DNA from: an uncultured Pseudomonadales bacterium | GTDB taxonomy: Bacteria > Patescibacteriota > Microgenomatia > UBA1400 > PJMF01 | Direction of reading: 5' to 3' | Length of the DNA: 64,000 bases | Assembly (NCBI GenBank): GCA_964620965.1 | Contig: CAZUHV010000002.1 | Location: forward strand, 117,452-181,451 | In this document: positions 34,515 to 43,644 of the stretch, in pieces | Numbering within the stretch: the first letter of the stretch is position 1 | Layout of the letters: each line of letters begins with the position of its first letter | Made by a program: the position numbers and the translations under genes | Notes under the pieces: generated by a model | Seen by the model: only the letters and a program-made list of their open reading frames with translations | What the model was told of the DNA's origin: nothing | Database searches by the model: none

Positions 34515-36524
34515 TTATAATTCATGAACTGGTAGAGCAATTCCAGCTGCTTCAAGTTCTAAATCTTTCTTTTTTTGCAGATACAAAAGAACAGTTTTTA
34601 TATAAACCGCATGACTCCACACGAGTGGAGTAGCAGACTCTGATGAGCCTGTATATGGATTCATTTGCTCTGCTAATATTCCTGATGGGTATTTATGACC
34701 GCAAACCCAATCAAATGTTTGCAAAGCAAAATCTAAGTCTTCTTGAGTTACCTGTTTTTTTGATAATCTTCTTTGAGCTTCCCACAAAGTAGTAATAAAC
34801 CAAGGATTTGATTTATCTGTAGATTTAAAGTAATTATCATGTTCGTAGCGAATAATGCCTCCAACAGTTGCTGGATTTGAAAGTCGCTCCATAACCTGTT
34901 TATGTGTGTCTTTAAACAATCCATGATCTTGGTCTAGCATGCCAAAATACCATAAGCCAAACAAAGTGCTTGCATCAACAATCTCCGTTAAAACAACTTT
35001 ACCCTCAACATAATTTGCATTTCTCACAAAAGACTTCAGTTTTGTACTATACAAGTGTTCTAGTGCAGCGTTTTTAATTTTTTTTGCTGCTTCTTTGTAT
35101 TCGCGCATATGGTTTCGCTTATCAAGCAATTCAGAAAAATGAGCTGCCGCCATCAACCCACCATACACACAAGCACAGGTATATGTTGAAACTCCAATTT
35201 TTTCTTCCCAGAGATCATAAGAGGGGAGTGGAAGACCGGTTTCTTCATCAACAAAATGAATCAAAAATTGAGCAATCTTTTCTATGAGTGGTTTATATAA
35301 AGATTCTATAAATTCTAAATCTTTGGTTACTTCATAGTGCTTCCAAAGTGCATGTATTACAGCTGCACTTTCATCTTCTTGAATTGGGAGCTGCAAAATT
35401 TTATCTTTCAGCCATTCACTTTGGGACGTTGTTGAATGCCAAGTAGAACCTAATGCCTTATCTGGCCTAAACCTATGGTGCAGATATCCATCTGGATGTA
35501 AGACATCTTTACAAAAAAGAAAAAATTCCTTTGTGATCTCGTGATACCCAGCTGCATCAAGTGATTCCACGATAAATGCGGCATCTCTTGGCCACATATA
35601 GGAATAGTCATCTTTTCCGAACTCAATCATCTCGCTATCTGCAGATGCAATAACACTACCACCAGTATCAAAATGAGATCTCAACACAAATAGAGAAGTG
35701 TCATACATGCGTTTGTGTTCTTTACTTAAAAGCTTTGTATCTTCGTTTTTAGTACCCAACCAAGCAATCCAGTAACTTTCTGTAGAATGCAACATACCTT
35801 CTGGAGTTTTTCGTAAAACCATATCATTAAGTTCGTATGCTTCTTCTAGTGTCTTTGCTGCAGTAATCCAATAAAATACACGTGATTTTTTCTTTTGTTC
35901 ACAAGACGTACAAAATCGAACAACAGAGTCTACACTCCCATGCTCTACAGCATTTTTTGTGAGATGACCATCTTCAGCATCTTTATACGAACCTTCTTTG
36001 CCTTCATATTGATACGCCCCAACAGTGTAATCATCAATTGCAGTCCCTTGCTCTGTACGCCCATTCACAATGAATACACGCCTGCCTTTATAGTGCACAA
36101 CTGCGTTATGAGTTGGATCGTAAAATGCGGTATTTCTTTTTTTTGTTTCACTAATATGAAAAATTTGATGAAAAAATAGTTTCACATCTATAAATTCATC
36201 TCCATGATTATAAATGTCTACTTGTCTTAAAAAGACATTACTTTCATTGTATACACTGTCTTCCATCACAAGAGAAACATTGAGCTTTTGATTTTTACAA
36301 ACTAAATATCCGACCATTGTTTCTGGTTTATACCCTAGTGATATTTCCCAAGAGCCATCGTCAAGCCAAGAAAAAGTATCGTTAACACTAATGCCTATTT
36401 TATGTTTGTGACCAGCAACATGATTCTCAAGACCTACATAAGGATAATAAAAATCCCTTACAAAACCATACTGGTCTAAACAAACTAATAACGAACCGTT
36501 TCCTAGCGTTAATGCACGTGCCAT
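34515..36524 (-). CDS. glycoside hydrolase family 15-like (glucoamylase/glucodextranase-related)
   Basis: A 669-aa ORF with an N-terminal beta-sandwich and an (alpha/alpha)6-type region. The motifs YMWPRDAAF and GYLHHRFRPD were read as GH15-like. Confidence 0.65.
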   Translation of the reverse strand: MARALTLGNGSLLVCLDQYGFVRDFYYPYVGLENHVAGHKHKIGISVNDTFSWLDDGSWEISLGYKPETMVGYLVCKNQKLNVSLVMEDSVYNESNVFLRQVDIYNHGDEFIDVKLFFHQIFHISETKKRNTAFYDPTHNAVVHYKGRRVFIVNGRTEQGTAIDDYTVGAYQYEGKEGSYKDAEDGHLTKNAVEHGSVDSVVRFCTSCEQKKKSRVFYWITAAKTLEEAYELNDMVLRKTPEGMLHSTESYWIAWLGTKNEDTKLLSKEHKRMYDTSLFVLRSHFDTGGSVIASADSEMIEFGKDDYSYMWPRDAAFIVESLDAAGYHEITKEFFLFCKDVLHPDGYLHHRFRPDKALGSTWHSTTSQSEWLKDKILQLPIQEDESAAVIHALWKHYEVTKDLEFIESLYKPLIEKIAQFLIHFVDEETGLPLPSYDLWEEKIGVSTYTCACVYGGLMAAAHFSELLDKRNHMREYKEAAKKIKNAALEHLYSTKLKSFVRNANYVEGKVVLTEIVDASTLFGLWYFGMLDQDHGLFKDTHKQVMERLSNPATVGGIIRYEHDNYFKSTDKSNPWFITTLWEAQRRLSKKQVTQEDLDFALQTFDWVCGHKYPSGILAEQMNPYTGSSESATPLVWSHAVYIKTVLLYLQKKKDLELEAAGIALPVHEL

Positions 36525-36533
36525 ATATTTAGT

Positions 36534-37721
36534 TTAAATCATTCTTTCTTGTAAGTCAGCTAATACTATTGAAAATCGCCTGTATGCCTCATAAGGAGAG
36601 TCATACGGGCTAAAATATGCATGAACGTCTCCATCTGCAGCCCACTTTGTACACATGTAGTAAAAGTGATCGCTTGTCTGTAGTTTGCGCCAATCTGCAA
36701 CTAATTGTTTGTTTTTTTGTAAATGAATCTTTTTTTCAATCTCATACATTTTCTTGAGACTATCTTTTTGTAAGTCATTTGCAATCCACGCAGTTAAATC
36801 TCTATCAACATCTGCCCAAGAAATTGGCTCTGGAACGTCATAGAGAGGTAATTCTTGCTTTGATTGCAAGCTCTCGATTACCATTGTTGGTGTTACAAAC
36901 ACATTCCTTTTTTGTCGTATCGATTGCACTACAAATTCCTTGAAAAATTCGAAGATCCCAGTATCTTCCCACTGGTGTTCTCCAAATGTTTCAAAGTCCA
37001 TAAAGAGATTTATTAAATCAGACCCTTGATACGTCCCGAGCCAATCAAGATAAGTTTCTGAGGTTAGAGGATATGAAATCCAAGATTTTTCTGAAAACCT
37101 AAATGCTATATCATCTGACAACTGGGCATGCTTAAGCAGTAATGGAAGTTTATTTTTTGTTTTTCCAACAAACACTTGAGTTCTCGTTTTACCGTTCAAA
37201 TATCTATCAACAGCTTCTGTAAGACAAGCAATATACCCAAGATCCTCAACTGCTTGTCCAATAGCATTTGAATATATCAACTCAGTATTTCGAAAAACCT
37301 TCGGCGTAACAGAAAATAATTTTTTTACTAATTTGTCATGCTGTTTTACTTGATACTCAAATTCTTCAGGGGAATACAAACTTGCAAGAGAGTGATGGTA
37401 TGTTTCTGCTAATACTTCAACCTGCCCAGTATTTACAAGTTTTTGTAATAATGTAACTACTTTAGGAGCAAATTCTAAAGCTTGTTCTAAAAATACCCCT
37501 GTGGCAGAAAAACTAAAATAAAAATCTTTATTTTTTCTTGCTAAATCAAGCAACAAAGTTAACATTGGAATATATGATTTATGAGCAACTTTTTGGAATA
37601 TTTTTCTATTCAGCTCTTCTTGGCGAGTAAAATACTCTTTTTTCAAACCAATATCAAAAACTGAAACGTCCGCAAGTCTATATGGTTGATGTAACTCTAA
37701 ATAAATACATACATTTGCCAT
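36534..37721 (-). CDS. glycoside hydrolase family 57-like alpha-glucan enzyme
   Basis: The start was chosen at MANVCIYLELHQPYR, which fits the GH57 N-terminal HQP motif. The longer ORF form would overlap the upstream gene. Confidence 0.6.
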   Translation of the reverse strand: MANVCIYLELHQPYRLADVSVFDIGLKKEYFTRQEELNRKIFQKVAHKSYIPMLTLLLDLARKNKDFYFSFSATGVFLEQALEFAPKVVTLLQKLVNTGQVEVLAETYHHSLASLYSPEEFEYQVKQHDKLVKKLFSVTPKVFRNTELIYSNAIGQAVEDLGYIACLTEAVDRYLNGKTRTQVFVGKTKNKLPLLLKHAQLSDDIAFRFSEKSWISYPLTSETYLDWLGTYQGSDLINLFMDFETFGEHQWEDTGIFEFFKEFVVQSIRQKRNVFVTPTMVIESLQSKQELPLYDVPEPISWADVDRDLTAWIANDLQKDSLKKMYEIEKKIHLQKNKQLVADWRKLQTSDHFYYMCTKWAADGDVHAYFSPYDSPYEAYRRFSIVLADLQERMI

Positions 37722-37722
37722 A

Positions 37723-39033
37723 TTACTTTTGACCCAAAAATGCTTTTTTATACACCTCTTGAACTTTTTGAGCACTAGATTTCCAGGTTTGCTTTGCAAG
37801 ATCACTCAGTTGACCTTGTACTTGCCGTTCAGCTAACTCCTTTTGTGAAACTAAATCAACGATAGATTCCGCCATCTTCTTGATATCCCAAAAATCTAAA
37901 GAAATTGCGTGAGGCAAAACTTCGCTTACACCAGCATTTTTAGAAACAATAACTGGGGTATGCCTTTGCGCTGCTTCTAAAGCAACCAATCCGAATGGCT
38001 CAGAAATCGATGGCATCACAAATACATCGGCCCTATTCAGTAATTTTCTTCGTTGCTCATCTCGCACAAAACCACTAAATACTACAGAGGCACTCAAACC
38101 ACCTTCAGCAGTTTTTGATAAAAGCTCATGGTACATATCTCCATTACCAGCAACAACAAATAAAGCATCTGGTATTTTCTTCAAAACTTCATATGCAAGG
38201 TCTAAGAAATAAGAAACCCCCTTTTGAATTGTTAATCTGCCCATAAAAGCAATCACTGGTCGTTTTGGCGCAAAATGATGCACTCCTTTTTCTACGGGAT
38301 ATTGAAGGTCAGAAATACCGTTATGAACAACTGTAATCTTCTTTGGATCAACTCCATATTTTTGCTCAAGCAACTTTTTTGTGTAGTGGCTCACTGCAAT
38401 AACATGATCTGCTTGATTCATACCCATGTATTCGATATTAGCAATGTACTGATTTCCGTCAGAAAGACCCGATCTATCAAACTCTGTTGAGTGAACATGA
38501 GCAATAAGTGGTTTCCCTGTTTCTTTCTTGAGTTGCTGACCTGCAGGAAACGACATCCAATCATGAGCATGAATTACTTCAAAATTTTTGTTTGGGTCTG
38601 AACCAACTTTCCCAACAACTTCTGCATATTCTGTAACCTGTTTTTCAAGCTGATTAGTGGATAGTTTTCTTAACTTATTTAAATCAAAAGAATAGCCTGA
38701 ATTGTCTTGAACTTCTGTTTGCTGACACATTTCAGGAACAATAAAGTCAGAAGAGTAAGCTAAAAATGGAGGCCCTTCCCAATGAGTATGAACACAAAAC
38801 TGGCCTTTTTTTTGACAATTACAGTGAGAATTCTTCCAGTTATCATGAACACAATAATGCATATCCATATGTCCAACAGCGTGTTTTGATTCATATGGCA
38901 ATGAAAAATGAACCTTTGTTTCTTCTTGTGCAAGGGCATGGGTAAGTCCTTCACAAGCGACTCCAAGACCTCCACTATTATGTGGAGGATATTCCCAACC
39001 AATCATGAATACACTCTTTTTATGTTTAGACAT
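37723..39033 (-). CDS. GT-B glycosyltransferase (glycogen/alpha-glucan synthase-like) with a Cys/His-rich insertion
   Basis: N-terminal MIGWEYPPHNSGGLGVA is glycogen-synthase-like. The insert reads HMDMHYCVHDNWKNSHCNCQKKGQFCVHTHW. The start at 39033 (MSKHKK) was chosen because an RBS-like AAAGGT precedes it. Confidence 0.7.
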   Translation of the reverse strand: MSKHKKSVFMIGWEYPPHNSGGLGVACEGLTHALAQEETKVHFSLPYESKHAVGHMDMHYCVHDNWKNSHCNCQKKGQFCVHTHWEGPPFLAYSSDFIVPEMCQQTEVQDNSGYSFDLNKLRKLSTNQLEKQVTEYAEVVGKVGSDPNKNFEVIHAHDWMSFPAGQQLKKETGKPLIAHVHSTEFDRSGLSDGNQYIANIEYMGMNQADHVIAVSHYTKKLLEQKYGVDPKKITVVHNGISDLQYPVEKGVHHFAPKRPVIAFMGRLTIQKGVSYFLDLAYEVLKKIPDALFVVAGNGDMYHELLSKTAEGGLSASVVFSGFVRDEQRRKLLNRADVFVMPSISEPFGLVALEAAQRHTPVIVSKNAGVSEVLPHAISLDFWDIKKMAESIVDLVSQKELAERQVQGQLSDLAKQTWKSSAQKVQEVYKKAFLGQK

Positions 39034-39191
39034 ACCTTTACCGTACTTTTGCCTCACAGCAAAATAAAACACCACTCACGTGCTTTATTTAATAGTACCT
39101 TTTTTTCATAGCTTTTTTCAAGCCCAATTTCAGAGGTATATAGAAATTTTTATAACTAATACTAACCTATTGATTTCTGTTTTTTTTAATA

Positions 39192-39230
39192 TATTATTCA
39201 ATTGATATTATTTGATATATTATTGATATA
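39192..39230. repeat. four phased direct repeats TTGATAT(A/T)T spaced 9-11 bp apart in the divergent promoter region
   Basis: Copies lie at 39192, 39202, 39213 and 39222, with a degenerate fifth copy near 39160. They sit about 80 nt upstream of the 39314 gene. Confidence 0.6.
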
Positions 39231-39313
39231 TTTGATATATTAATATATAATTATGGGACATTAAATGTGCTACCCAGTTAAAACAGCACATAGAAAGAAA
39301 AAAAGAGTAACCT

Positions 39314-40333
39314 ATGAATAAAACAAAACTTTTGTCTTTACTCATGATTGCAACCGGAATCGGTTTAGTCTTAAGTAAACCAATTGGAAACGCAAATGCT
39401 GAAACTGTTTGGCCAACTTCCCTAGCAGATTGTCAAGCAAGATTCCCTGAAGGAATTAGTTTTTGCCACGCAACCCATGCAGAAAACAATCCATATAATT
39501 TCCATTATAGCCAACCTTGTACTGCTGCTTTTGGCAGTGGACATGGTAACAGTGGTCATTTTGAAGAGGATGGTACTCCTGCAGCCGGGCATGAATTTCC
39601 AGAAATAGGAACAGCAGATTACTTTACTGACGACAGATCTTGTGGCCAAGATGAACCAGTTTGTGAAGAAACAGTAACCTGTTCCGATGCTTGTAGAGTA
39701 GAAGATGAAACCATTAGAGGCAACTGTGGACCAATTGTTTGTGAAGCAAATGCTCCAGAGGTTGAAACTTGTCCTTCTGAGTGCGGATATCAAGGTGGTT
39801 TAGTATCAGATGGTGAATGCGGATATATCGAATGCTCAGCTACAGAAAATTGTGAAGAAGAGCCTACTCCTACTCCAACCCCTACACCAGTAAATAATAC
39901 TAAAAATTCATTTTCTACAATTGACCCAAGCTGTGACTCAAATGCAGTAACTGCAATCGAAAAAATTACAGAAAATGGTCAGAATAAAGCAAATGTAAGA
40001 GTTGTGTTTAAATACAACGGTGTTGAAAAAATTGCGTTTACAGACACAAACGGTGAAGCAAAAGTCTCCTTTGACTACACAGGTGATAACTTCGTAGACG
40101 TTATGCCTGATGGCTTTGCTTCCGATGCACACTACATAACCAAAGAAACAAATTGTTCCGAAACTCCAAGTGAAAACGGACAAGTTCTTGGTGCTTCAAC
40201 AGAAGGTCAAGTTTTAGGTGCAACAACCTATGCTGAGACAGGTGTCGCTGAAGATGTTATGATGTCTATACTAGGATTAGCTGGAGCAGGTATGTTCTCT
40301 ACTGGCTTAGTGTTGAATGTCAAAAAGAAGTAA
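39314..40333 (+). CDS. Cys/His-rich secreted surface protein with a C-terminal sortase sorting signal
   Basis: Signal peptide LLSLLMIATGIGLVLS. A Cys-rich N-terminal domain of about 20 Cys is followed by a PTPTPTPTP linker and a beta-sandwich. The C-terminus has YAETG, then the hydrophobic stretch MMSILGLAGAGMFSTGLVL and a KKK tail. Confidence 0.7.
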   Translation: MNKTKLLSLLMIATGIGLVLSKPIGNANAETVWPTSLADCQARFPEGISFCHATHAENNPYNFHYSQPCTAAFGSGHGNSGHFEEDGTPAAGHEFPEIGTADYFTDDRSCGQDEPVCEETVTCSDACRVEDETIRGNCGPIVCEANAPEVETCPSECGYQGGLVSDGECGYIECSATENCEEEPTPTPTPTPVNNTKNSFSTIDPSCDSNAVTAIEKITENGQNKANVRVVFKYNGVEKIAFTDTNGEAKVSFDYTGDNFVDVMPDGFASDAHYITKETNCSETPSENGQVLGASTEGQVLGATTYAETGVAEDVMMSILGLAGAGMFSTGLVLNVKKK

Positions 40334-40937
40334 AAAAATCAAAGACAAGAAAATAAATAAAGACGCCCCAACACTACTTTTGCTAGTGGGGGCGTTTTTT
40401 ATGCTTATTTCTGCTGCGCATTGGCATTTGAAATATCAAGCTCTTTCTTTAGATAAACAATTGCTTGAACAATATTCTGAAGCAAAACAGAGTGACACAT
40501 CTGGAATGATACCAACTCATATATTCATTCAATGGTTTATTGACACCTCCATAACTGAACAACTTTTTAATAACGAAAACTGGACAATCTCCGATACGGA
40601 GGCTTCTTACCTTTCTCAGTCAGCAAAGCCTGGAGAAAAAGGAAATATTATCATCTACGGACACAATAAACGATCGATTATGGGAAACATTAGAGCCTTA
40701 AAAGGTAACGAAATCATTATACTAACAACTAAGGATGGATCTGTTCATCAGTACAAAATTGAAAAACTCATCGAAGTAAATCCAAACCAAACTGAATATC
40801 TAGAGCCAACCCAAGAAGAAACCTTAACTTTGTACACATGTTCTGGATTTTTAGATAGCAAAAGATTTATTGTGCAAGCAAAACCAATTGTTACGCCCGT
40901 CGAAAAAACAGAGGACACATCTCAACTTGATCAATAG
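40317..40937 (+). CDS. sortase (transpeptidase)
   Basis: N-terminal TM LLLLVGAFFMLISAA. It carries a catalytic His (IIYGHN) and the TLTLYTCSGF Cys motif. It overlaps the substrate gene by 17 nt. Confidence 0.8.
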   Translation: MSKRSKKIKDKKINKDAPTLLLLVGAFFMLISAAHWHLKYQALSLDKQLLEQYSEAKQSDTSGMIPTHIFIQWFIDTSITEQLFNNENWTISDTEASYLSQSAKPGEKGNIIIYGHNKRSIMGNIRALKGNEIIILTTKDGSVHQYKIEKLIEVNPNQTEYLEPTQEETLTLYTCSGFLDSKRFIVQAKPIVTPVEKTEDTSQLDQ

Positions 40938-41616
40938 AAGTTTCCCCAATTTTTGTTCTTCGCAAAGAAACAACAGTAGCCCCAACTCCAAGTTCAGTCC
41001 CAATATCATGTGCCAAAGAGCGGATATATGTCCCAGAGCTACATGAAACTTTAAAGCTAAAAGTTAGTTTCTTTTGAGCCTCATTTTTTTCAAAATCTGT
41101 TAATTGCAAATTATAAATTTGTACGGTTCTTTTAGGTAAGTTTTCTAGTATCTCATTTGCCATTTTTTGAGCAGCTTCATTTTTTTTAGCTTCTCTAGCA
41201 ATTTCATAGAGTTTTTTTCCTTGTTTTTTAACAGCAGAGTAAATTGGAACGGCTTGCTGAATTTCTCCAGTAAATTTTAAAAGTGTTTTCTCAAGCTGGT
41301 CTTTTGTTATCTGAACAATATCACTCCAATCTGCAGTTTTAAGAACTGTCCCGTCAATATCATAAGAATCTGTCGTTATACCAAGTTGGGCTGTGCACTC
41401 ATATTCTTTATCTTGTTTAAGATACTGATTTTGAAGTCGTGTATACTTTCGGCCAATCAACAAAATAAGTAATCCTGTCGCCAACGGATCAAGTGTACCT
41501 GTATGTCCAACTTTTTTTATTCCAGATAATTTTCTGGCCCAATTAACAACTCTATGGCTACTAACACCAGTGGGCTTATCAACAAACAGTATTCCTTCTT
41601 GTAAAATCTTTTCCAT
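40891..41616 (-). CDS. truB: tRNA pseudouridine(55) synthase TruB
   Basis: GILFVDKPTGVSSHRVVNW...GHTGTLDPLATGLLILLIG. The start was chosen at MEKILQEG; the longer ORF form would run almost up to the divergent tkt gene. Confidence 0.8.
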   Translation of the reverse strand: MEKILQEGILFVDKPTGVSSHRVVNWARKLSGIKKVGHTGTLDPLATGLLILLIGRKYTRLQNQYLKQDKEYECTAQLGITTDSYDIDGTVLKTADWSDIVQITKDQLEKTLLKFTGEIQQAVPIYSAVKKQGKKLYEIAREAKKNEAAQKMANEILENLPKRTVQIYNLQLTDFEKNEAQKKLTFSFKVSCSSGTYIRSLAHDIGTELGVGATVVSLRRTKIGETSIDQVEMCPLFFRRA

Positions 41617-41657
41617 CTTGAGCTGCATTATACAGATAGAGTAGACTGACATATAGC

Positions 41658-42635
41658 ATGGATAAGCTTGCCCAAGCACTTACCGGTTCAAAACATAATT
41701 CTGATTCTCCAAGAACAGTTGGAAATCTTGTACATGTTCATAAAAAACACTTAGATACACAACACACAATCCAAGAAATAGCAGCTCTTGCAACTTTAAT
41801 TCGTAAACAAATTATTTTAATGCTTTTAGAAGCAGAAAGTGGTCATAGTGCAGGAGCACTGGGAATGACAGATGTTTTTGCTGCATTATATTTTGGAGTT
41901 CTCAAACATAATCCTTTGAAACCTGACTGGGAAGAACGAGATCGAGTCATCCTTTCTAATGGGCACATCTGTCCTGTTTTGTATGCAACACTCGCTGAAT
42001 GTGGCTACTTTCCAAAATCTGAGTTAAAAACATTAAGAAAATTGGGCTCAAGATTACAAGGCCACCCTCATTTTATGGCAAATCAAAACAACTCTGAGAT
42101 TGAACATCCAGAGAATATTCCTGGATTAGAAAACACTTCAGGACCATTAGGACAAGGATTATCTCAAGCAATTGGCATAGCTACGGCATTAAAACTCAGC
42201 CAAAAACCTAACTACGTCTACTGTTTCATGAGCGATGGAGAATTACAAGAAGGCCAGAACTGGGAAGCCTTTTTGTATGCTGCAAATAAAAAACTTAATA
42301 ACTTAACAGTCCTGATAGATAGAAATGGTATCCAAATTGATGGATATACAGAACAAATACTTCCACTCGAATCTATAATTGAAAAATTTAAAAGCTTTAA
42401 CTGGAATGTCCAAAGCATCAATGGACATAACATTGAAAACATTATTGAAGCTTTACAAACAACAAAAAATTATAGACTTGGACCAAGCATTATCATTTGC
42501 CAGACGATACCTGGAAAAGACGTAGATTTTATGGAGAACCTTCCAGAATGGCATGGAAAACCTCCAAACAAAAAACAATCGAAAGATGCACTGGATGATT
42601 TAAGGAGTCTTAAAGGAAGAATTTGGTGGGAATAA
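41658..42635 (+). CDS. transketolase, N-terminal (TPP-binding) subunit
   Basis: SGHSAGALGMTDVFAALYF and NGHICPVLYA..G, ending at the junction where full-length Tkt would continue. Length is 325 aa. Confidence 0.85.
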   Translation: MDKLAQALTGSKHNSDSPRTVGNLVHVHKKHLDTQHTIQEIAALATLIRKQIILMLLEAESGHSAGALGMTDVFAALYFGVLKHNPLKPDWEERDRVILSNGHICPVLYATLAECGYFPKSELKTLRKLGSRLQGHPHFMANQNNSEIEHPENIPGLENTSGPLGQGLSQAIGIATALKLSQKPNYVYCFMSDGELQEGQNWEAFLYAANKKLNNLTVLIDRNGIQIDGYTEQILPLESIIEKFKSFNWNVQSINGHNIENIIEALQTTKNYRLGPSIIICQTIPGKDVDFMENLPEWHGKPPNKKQSKDALDDLRSLKGRIWWE

Positions 42636-42651
42636 ATAACCAAAAAAAAGT

Positions 42652-43644
42652 ATGGAAAAAAAACTCGGCACTACTAGAGATGGATTCGGAAAAGCACTTG
42701 TTGAAATAGGTACTCAAAATGTGCAAGCCGTTGTGTTGTGTGCTGATCTAACTGAATCAATGAGAGCTCATTGGTTTAAAAAAGAATTCCCAGATAGATT
42801 TTTAGAAATGGGAGTACAAGAAGAAAACATGGTTGGAGTGGCTACTGGGCTCTCACTTGAAAATAAGATTCCTTTTGCTTGTAGTTACTCTGTTTTTTTA
42901 GTAAATAATGCACTTGGCCCTATTAGGGCAAGTGTTTGCTATACAAATGCAAATGTCAAACTAATTGGTGGACACGCTGGTATCACCACCGGAGAAGATG
43001 GCGCGACTCATCAAGCTCTTGAAGATATTGCCACGATGCGTGTTCTGCCCAACATGACAGTTATAGTCCCCGCAGATCAAGAGGAGTCGCGCCAAGCTAC
43101 ACATGCAATCTTAAAACATGTTGGACCGTGTTATTTACGAGTTGGAAAATTTAAAACTCCAATCATTACCTCAAATCACGAAGAGCCGTTCAAAATCGGG
43201 AAGGCAAGAGTACTTCGTGAAGGAAGCGACATCACAATTATTACTTGTGGAAACTTGGTTCATATTGCACTTGAAGTTGCTGAAATACTTTGTCAAGGAA
43301 AAAATGGAGAGCCAGACATTTGCGTTGAAGTGATTAACATGCATACAATTAAACCAATTGATACAAAAGCTATCTTAAGCTCTCTTGAAAAAACACATGC
43401 TCTTATAACCTTTGAAGAGCACCAAGTACATGGCGGATTAGGTTCAGCAGTTCTGGAAGTAGTCGCTACTGAAAATCCAAACTTATTAGTAACTCCTGCA
43501 ATCGCAATGGGTATCAAAGATACGTTTGGCCAATCTGGAAAAGATCAAGAACTCCTCAAACACTACGACCTAAACCACGACTCACTTGAAAAGGCTATCA
43601 AAAAAGTAGTAAGCTTAAAACAGAAAAAAAACTATGAAAGATAA
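42652..43644 (+). CDS. transketolase, C-terminal (pyrimidine-binding/C-terminal domain) subunit
   Basis: FGKALVEIGTQNVQAVVLCADLTES...FLEMGVQEENMVGVATGLS matches the Tkt middle and C-terminal domains. Length is 330 aa. Confidence 0.85.
   Translation: MEKKLGTTRDGFGKALVEIGTQNVQAVVLCADLTESMRAHWFKKEFPDRFLEMGVQEENMVGVATGLSLENKIPFACSYSVFLVNNALGPIRASVCYTNANVKLIGGHAGITTGEDGATHQALEDIATMRVLPNMTVIVPADQEESRQATHAILKHVGPCYLRVGKFKTPIITSNHEEPFKIGKARVLREGSDITIITCGNLVHIALEVAEILCQGKNGEPDICVEVINMHTIKPIDTKAILSSLEKTHALITFEEHQVHGGLGSAVLEVVATENPNLLVTPAIAMGIKDTFGQSGKDQELLKHYDLNHDSLEKAIKKVVSLKQKKNYER

Noticed and set aside
39192-39230. Short direct repeats considered as a CRISPR array.
   Set aside because: The units are 9 bp with 1-2 bp spacers, far too short for CRISPR repeats, and there are no cas genes.
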